Assembly: GCA_025361465.1 (NCBI GenBank)
Contig: JANYAG010000341.1
Coordinates: forward strand, 1 to 44,420
DNA from: Gemmatimonadota bacterium
GTDB lineage: Bacteria > Gemmatimonadota > Gemmatimonadetes > Gemmatimonadales > GWC2-71-9
DNA length: 44,420 nucleotides
Reading direction: 5' to 3'
How positions within the stretch are numbered: the first letter of the stretch is position 1; every line of letters begins with the position of its first letter. Both the position numbers and the translations under genes were made by a program. Below the pieces are notes generated by a model. That model ran no database searches and was not told the origin of the DNA. It was given only the letters and a program-made list of their open reading frames with translations. Of the stretch, positions 39,525 to 44,420 are shown one piece after another.

Positions 39525-41036
39525 TTACCTTCTCCCCATGTTGAACGCATCCACTTCGACGCGGCTGAACTTCGATTCGGTGCCACCGTCATCGACGATG
39601 GAGAGTTCGACCCAGTACCCACGACCGGACACCGGGACGCGGTGCGTGGTCGCTCCTGCGCCACCCCACACAAAGGCACCCCATACGAGCTTGCCCCACT
39701 TCGGGGAGGCGGGGGCGACGAGAGTGACCGTGCCGCTTTCTGTCGCCGACTTCCACTGCAAGCTCGCGCTCGGTGACCCCTGGAGGTCGGCAACGACGTA
39801 GGCCCAGCGCAGCGCCTTCTCCAGCGAAGTCGATTCGAAGAACATCCGGTGACACTGGAGGTTCATGGTGTAGCTGTTGCCACCAGCGCCGTCGCTCAGG
39901 GCATCATCGAGAAAGAGGCCGGGGAAGTTGCAGTGCCGGAGATGGCCGTCCACGGACCCCATGAGGACAATCGACTTGCCGTCGTCATCGACGGCCTCGA
40001 ACAAGCAGTGCGGTGTCGGCGCGGTGTACACGCCATCCCACGGACCAGCCCATGCCTGCGTTCGGTAGTTGTAGACGTAGACGCCGATCCCCGGCAGGAA
40101 GAACAGGACTTCGCGGGTGGCGCGACTGTGGACGGCGCGGATCGCAGCCAAATCCACCGAGGCGAGTGCCGCCACCACGGGGTCGATTTTCCGGCTGATC
40201 GACTCCACGCCATCTTCGGTGATCTTGTAGAAGCCCCGGTCGCTCACAAAGAAGCCCACGTTCTCAACCGAGAGGATCGAGAAGGGGGCAATGGAACCCA
40301 CGTCTTGTGACACGCCGCGAGTCCCGGCCAGAATGGCGATGTCGTCGATGCTGATGCCCGTGAATCGGGAGATGCCGCGTTCGTGAAACAGCAGCAGGGA
40401 GTTGCCCAGCGCCAAGAGGCCACACAACCGCTGCCGCCCGAAGGTGCGGATCGCGGCCTGGATGCCACCCGACGCCACGATGCCCAGCGTGTCACCGTCA
40501 TCGAGGGCCGAGGCGTACAGCATTTCATCGAGGCCCGTGATGCCGTAGAGCCGGGAGTTGTAGACGGCCAGCACGGAGCAGGCGGGCGTCGAGGCGATGT
40601 TCACGGTAAGCGTCGTGCCGTCGTACTTGTTCAGCAGCCCACCGTCCGCGATGTAGCACACGGCTGTCTTGGTGGGATTGCGGAAGGCGGCGAAGGACGG
40701 GGGGACGGTGATGCTGAACGCCCCGGCGGGGTTGATCAGGGTGGTCGGTGTCCCATAGGCGCCGGTATAGAACTTGCCATCGGCGACGGCCAAGATTTCC
40801 TGCGCCTCGCTGGCGTTCGACCAGGCAAATCCACCCAAGACGGCGGCCGGTAGCGCCGTCTCCAGCAACCGCCGTGACCCTCTGCGGCGCGTGGCTCCGC
40901 CATCGTCAGTCAGGCGCACGTTGGCCGCGACCCGCAGCTCATCGTTGCCGAGCTGCGATTCGTCGGCCACCAAGTTCAGGCCGCCCCGGAACCCTGCCTG
41001 TGTGTCCTGTACCACGTCGCGCATTAGCAGCCCCAC
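39525..41036 (-). CDS. tail (tubular/nozzle or baseplate-like) structural protein
   Basis: 503 aa and beta-rich, located between the connector-type genes and the fibre. An alternative start at 41024 lies in a TAATG overlap. Confidence 0.5.
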   Translation of the reverse strand: MGLLMRDVVQDTQAGFRGGLNLVADESQLGNDELRVAANVRLTDDGGATRRRGSRRLLETALPAAVLGGFAWSNASEAQEILAVADGKFYTGAYGTPTTLINPAGAFSITVPPSFAAFRNPTKTAVCYIADGGLLNKYDGTTLTVNIASTPACSVLAVYNSRLYGITGLDEMLYASALDDGDTLGIVASGGIQAAIRTFGRQRLCGLLALGNSLLLFHERGISRFTGISIDDIAILAGTRGVSQDVGSIAPFSILSVENVGFFVSDRGFYKITEDGVESISRKIDPVVAALASVDLAAIRAVHSRATREVLFFLPGIGVYVYNYRTQAWAGPWDGVYTAPTPHCLFEAVDDDGKSIVLMGSVDGHLRHCNFPGLFLDDALSDGAGGNSYTMNLQCHRMFFESTSLEKALRWAYVVADLQGSPSASLQWKSATESGTVTLVAPASPKWGKLVWGAFVWGGAGATTHRVPVSGRGYWVELSIVDDGGTESKFSRVEVDAFNMGRR

Positions 41037-41722
41037 TCAGACGCAGTGTCGCCATGCTGGACCGTGTTGGGGTTGGTAGTGAAGCGGGCCACGTCGGCGA
41101 GCATATCGCCACGGGCCTCATCGGCGAGGAACTTCAAGTCGCGGCTGGCCTGCGTCTCTGCGCCACCCTTGGCAAGCAACAGGGCGCCCAGTTCCATGGA
41201 CAGGATCGACTCGTAGCCAGCCGGGAACTCCACGGTCGAAGCACTATCGGCCAGCAGGCTCGGCGCGACCGGCGTGTAGTTGACAAGGACGGACGGGGCG
41301 GTGCTCGCTCTGGCAGGGCTCAGGGAAACCGTGGTCCCGACCACCCAGTACGCTGGGGAGGCGAGCGCCAGACTATTAATCGTGGTCATCGCGCCAGGGA
41401 TGCGGTCGAGCGCGTCCAACTGGTACGTCATGCGGTCGGCCCGTACCGCGATGATGCGATAGAAGGTCTGGAGCGTGTCACCCGCGCCGCTGTTCAGGGC
41501 CGACAGGTCGAAGCTGCCCCGCCCCAACGTGCTATCGAGCGTGAGGGCCGGGGTGCGCACCGCCGCCCGGTACATCTTGTTCGCGTTGAGAATCCCACTC
41601 CACTCGCGCCGGAACACCAAGTCGGCCACCCGCAACACAAGCGGGTCGAGCCAGCGGGTTGACCCCGTGGCGTCGGCGAACTCTCGGGCATCGGCCAGCA
41701 ACGTCGAGCGGAGGATGCTCAT
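41024..41722 (-). CDS. head-tail connector/adaptor-type structural protein (232 aa)
   Basis: ATG 41722 lies in an ATGA overlap. The call rests on position in the late operon only. Confidence 0.45.
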   Translation of the reverse strand: MSILRSTLLADAREFADATGSTRWLDPLVLRVADLVFRREWSGILNANKMYRAAVRTPALTLDSTLGRGSFDLSALNSGAGDTLQTFYRIIAVRADRMTYQLDALDRIPGAMTTINSLALASPAYWVVGTTVSLSPARASTAPSVLVNYTPVAPSLLADSASTVEFPAGYESILSMELGALLLAKGGAETQASRDLKFLADEARGDMLADVARFTTNPNTVQHGDTASEWGC

Positions 41723-42201
41723 TTCTTGCTTCCCTTCTTCTTGGGTTTTGCAGTGATCCCGCCGTAGCTCTTGGCGATGACACCGCTTTCCTTGGCGAAC
41801 ATCTTGTGGCCCATCACCTCGATCTGGTTCATCGCTTCGTCGGTGGTGCCACTCCACATCTTCGCGGTGTTCTCTTGGTTGAACTTCTCCACGTCGTTCA
41901 GCAAGTCCCTGATGCCTTGGTCGCTGCTGCGACGGAAAGCATTGATCGCGTAGCCGTACGCTTCTCCGGCCGAACACCCCATCGGCAGCATCGAGAGCAT
42001 ATCCCACGCTTTGTCGGGGGCGAGTAGGCCATCACGAACGCGAGCGCGGCGCGGGTCGTTCTCGGGCCAGTCCCATGTCAGCGCCCAGTACGGGTCGCGG
42101 CCACAGCAGGGAACCATCTTGAGGCCGAGGGCCGGGTGGATTTGCTGGAGCCGTTCGACGATGCCCGTCGGCGGCTCGATGTGCCGGATATTGAGACTCA
42201 C
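41719..42201 (-). CDS. hypothetical virion protein (160 aa, Lys-rich tail)
   Basis: Intact ORF with a GTG start. Confidence 0.5.
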   Translation of the reverse strand: MSLNIRHIEPPTGIVERLQQIHPALGLKMVPCCGRDPYWALTWDWPENDPRRARVRDGLLAPDKAWDMLSMLPMGCSAGEAYGYAINAFRRSSDQGIRDLLNDVEKFNQENTAKMWSGTTDEAMNQIEVMGHKMFAKESGVIAKSYGGITAKPKKKGSKK

Positions 42202-42219
42202 GAATGTCCTGGGTGGGGG

Positions 42220-42241
42220 CCGCCCGGCGAGTACCGGGCGG
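42220..42241 (-). other. 8-bp GC hairpin (CCGCCCGG / CCGGGCGG) between two late genes
   Basis: Read directly. Confidence 0.3.
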
Positions 42242-42255
42242 TGCCGTGGATCGAA

Positions 42256-42699
42256 CTAGTTGCGGAGGGCGACTTCGGCGCTAACGAAGAAGTCGATTGG
42301 CTGAGTCGTGACGGAGCCAGCGGCGACGATATCCACCGCGAGATAGTCCCCGACCTTCAAGGTGCGGTCAGCCTCAGTGGCCGTAATCGGGATGGCCTTC
42401 ACGACACCAACGGCCAGGTTTGCAGTGAGCAGGTCGAACGTGCCCGTCAGCGCCTTGCTGAGTGCGCCAGTGGCGTTGCGCTTGAACACCTGAGCCGTCA
42501 CGGCGCCAGCCGAAGCGGTCAGGGTGCTGCACTGCACGCCGAGCGTCTGAACAACGCTAGCCCGAGGGAGCGTGGGCATCCGGTAGATGGTAGTGCCGCC
42601 GTTGGCGATGACGGGCGCGAGGGCGCCGACATTACCCGCTTCGGTCATTACCGACATTACGCCGTACCGTCCGGCACTGGGAAGAAAGACGTTGTTCAT
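42256..42699 (-). CDS. hypothetical capsid-associated protein (147 aa)
   Basis: ATG 42699. It is the first gene after the hairpin that follows the capsid gene. The track start at 42771 would run through that hairpin. Confidence 0.5.
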   Translation of the reverse strand: MNNVFLPSAGRYGVMSVMTEAGNVGALAPVIANGGTTIYRMPTLPRASVVQTLGVQCSTLTASAGAVTAQVFKRNATGALSKALTGTFDLLTANLAVGVVKAIPITATEADRTLKVGDYLAVDIVAAGSVTTQPIDFFVSAEVALRN

Positions 42700-42740
42700 G
42701 GTGGCTGTGTTCCTGAGAAAGAGAGAAAGGTGGAACAGGC

Positions 42741-42769
42741 GCCACGGCCCCGTTACGCAGGACCGTGGC
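42741..42769 (-). terminator. hairpin/attenuator just after the major capsid gene
   Basis: 7-bp stem GCCACGG / CCGTGGC. In minus sense it is followed by the pyrimidine/U-rich CCTTTCTCTCTTTCTC. Confidence 0.45.
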
Positions 42770-42780
42770 ACCTTAGAGAA

Positions 42781-44085
42781 CTACATAACCAAGCTGTACC
42801 GGTTGCTGTCGGCGTAACCCGAGATCAAGCCGTGCGCCGACCGGAACGTGGTGCCGAGCTGGAGGTACGCCCGGAACGAGGTCTGGTAGGCATCCTTGTT
42901 GGCGATGGGACGCCACACGGACGAGTCCTCATACGCCACCGCACCCCAGTCCACCGCGTCAATCCATGAGAGCGACGGCAGGTGCACGAGGTAGACCACA
43001 CCGGCCGGGCACCACGGGTCAGAGATCATCGGGATGCCGCTGAACGACACCGCCTTGAACCCGCCCTTGATGTCCATCATCTTGTCGATGCCGATGGAAC
43101 GCTGTCCGAAGAAGGACTCGGCGAACTTCCGCTCAAGGCCCGGCGTGGTGAGCAGCATGAACTCACCCGGATTGAGCTTGGCATCCTTGCCGCTGCGTCC
43201 AGCCACGCGGGTTGCCAACTCCCAAATATCGAACTCGGTAGGCAGTGCGGCATCCGGGGTATCGGTGCCAGCCACCAGCCGAAGGGTGTCCCAGCGCGGC
43301 GAGGTGGACGCGTCGAGGATGTGTAGCGCGTTGTACGAGCCGCCCCGGTTCATGATGTTCGTCAGCCCGTTCGGGAACGAGTTGAACGAGTTGTCGGCAG
43401 AGGTCGCAGCCACAACGATGTCCGTGGCTCCCATCCCGGCGATCGCCGACCCAAAGGTGAGGGTGGCGTTGTCGCCGGAGTTGCTAACGGCCGTGATTTC
43501 CGCCGCGCCACGCTGCGTGGTCCCGGTCGTGTCAAGGACCGCAACGTACATTCCCACGTCCAGCAGCAACCCGCCCTGACCGGCGCCCGAAATGCCGTAG
43601 GGGCTGGTCACGACACAGTGCGTGGTGTCGGCCGTCGAGGACAGGATCGCCTTGACGCCGCGTCCATCGGAGTGCGAGAACTCCTGCATCCCGAGCTGAA
43701 TCGCGTCCTTCGCTTCCTCGACCAGCTTCTTCGCCAGGTTGACGAACGAGGCTTCGGTCGAGCCGGTGCCAGCAATCGCCAGCCCATCGACTTCGCGGGT
43801 GACGTACAGCCGCTTGATATTGAACGTGCCCTGCTTTTCCACGGCCGCACTTGAAGGCGGCAGGTTGCCGGTTGAGGAAGCGGTCATGCCGACCGGGCGC
43901 GACATCACGGCGTCGAACACGACCCCGTTGCCACCCCAGCGGAAGTTCCGAGAGCCGCCCTTGGCTCCCTTCTTGATGTTGGCGAACAGCGGCGTGGCAA
44001 TCGGGACGATCTTCTCCCGCACGTTGCTGTACACCGTCTTGAGGACACCGGCAATCCCGGTGTCGGTCATTTGCGTCACTGCCAC
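42781..44085 (-). CDS. major capsid protein (HK97-fold type)
   Basis: 434 aa. Supported by its position after the portal and scaffold genes, typical capsid length and composition, and a downstream attenuator hairpin. GTG 44085 or ATG 44070. Confidence 0.75.
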   Translation of the reverse strand: MAVTQMTDTGIAGVLKTVYSNVREKIVPIATPLFANIKKGAKGGSRNFRWGGNGVVFDAVMSRPVGMTASSTGNLPPSSAAVEKQGTFNIKRLYVTREVDGLAIAGTGSTEASFVNLAKKLVEEAKDAIQLGMQEFSHSDGRGVKAILSSTADTTHCVVTSPYGISGAGQGGLLLDVGMYVAVLDTTGTTQRGAAEITAVSNSGDNATLTFGSAIAGMGATDIVVAATSADNSFNSFPNGLTNIMNRGGSYNALHILDASTSPRWDTLRLVAGTDTPDAALPTEFDIWELATRVAGRSGKDAKLNPGEFMLLTTPGLERKFAESFFGQRSIGIDKMMDIKGGFKAVSFSGIPMISDPWCPAGVVYLVHLPSLSWIDAVDWGAVAYEDSSVWRPIANKDAYQTSFRAYLQLGTTFRSAHGLISGYADSNRYSLVM

Positions 44086-44126
44086 TTGAGTACCCTATAA
44101 TGTTGGTGTGTGTGCCTGCGGAGGGG

Positions 44127-44420
44127 TCAGCGGCCTTCGAGCATCGCTTGAATGTCCAGCACGGCGTCGTTGGCGCTGACGGGTGCCTTGGCTTTCGCCG
44201 GGGCAACGGTCTTGGTTCCTGCGGGCTTGACGGCCTTGGCAAGCGTGCGCTTGGCTAGGGTCGTCTGCTCCTGGGCCTTCCGAACAGCGGTGTCCGTCTT
44301 GGCCGCGACTTCCTTGGCCTGACCGCTGCGATGCTCTTGGAGGTGGGCTACCCACGGGCCGATGTCCTCTTTGAGTATCTTTTCCACTTGCGCCCGACGC
44401 TCTGGAGGGATGACGCCGCG
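44127..44420 (-). CDS. scaffolding-like protein, 3' part (the same gene as 1..888)
   Basis: In-phase continuation across the circular junction, with TGA at 44127-44129. Confidence 0.6.
   Translation of the reverse strand, partial: RGVIPPERRAQVEKILKEDIGPWVAHLQEHRSGQAKEVAAKTDTAVRKAQEQTTLAKRTLAKAVKPAGTKTVAPAKAKAPVSANDAVLDIQAMLEGR
44292..44420. repeat. terminal overlap copy B (identical to 1..129)
   Basis: Exact 129-nt identity with the window start. Confidence 0.95.

Overview
The window is one complete, closed phage genome. Bases 1-129 are identical to 44292-44420, which gives a unique length of 44,291 bp, and a capsid-scaffold-like gene reads in phase across the join. The DNA is visibly GC-rich. 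The phage looks temperate: it has a tyrosine integrase, a CI/XRE-like regulator and a Cro-like HTH protein. It is probably short-tailed, because I see no sheath, tube or tail-chaperone genes.

I call about 70 protein genes. Most are on the minus strand and are chained by ATGA/GTGA/TAATG start-stop overlaps.

Modules, read along the minus strand:
- terS-like gene (12717-13352)
- a block of small membrane and zinc-ribbon genes
- terL (8794-10347)
- a receptor-binding block with a beta-helix tailspike and fibre-like proteins (3232-8443)
- portal (941-3235), scaffold (888->1 joined to 44291->44127) and major capsid (42781-44085)
- connector and tail proteins, a tail fibre (38568-39524) and a run of internal/ejection-type proteins including a 1182-aa giant (31979-35527)
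- a TM protein plus an M15 endolysin (31285-31976)
- a metallophosphoesterase and an SPFH protein

The leftward early operon (28703->18487) encodes a YqaJ-type exonuclease, RecT, the integrase, a patatin-like phospholipase, a deoxyribosyltransferase-like fusion protein, small accessory genes, an SSB-like protein, a DnaB-like helicase and a PD-(D/E)xK nuclease. A rightward operon (13830-18424) starts at a near-consensus promoter and encodes an AAA+ ATPase and unknown proteins. There is one bona fide tRNA (anticodon CAT, 22645-22718).

The most unusual signals are at the nucleic-acid level:
1. tRNA-like acceptor/T-arm minihelices sit at every non-overlapping gene junction of the rightward operon, and a related element follows terL.
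2. CA-rich tracts precede the SD/start of many genes.
3. TT(T/A)GCAGTG is strongly over-represented. Inside late genes it is always written with rare codons in the same codon phase.
4. There are iteron-like GGCGACA repeats and a 9-bp-phased CATACT array.

All functional calls rest on my own recognition of motifs in the translated ORFs. No database search or folding program was run.
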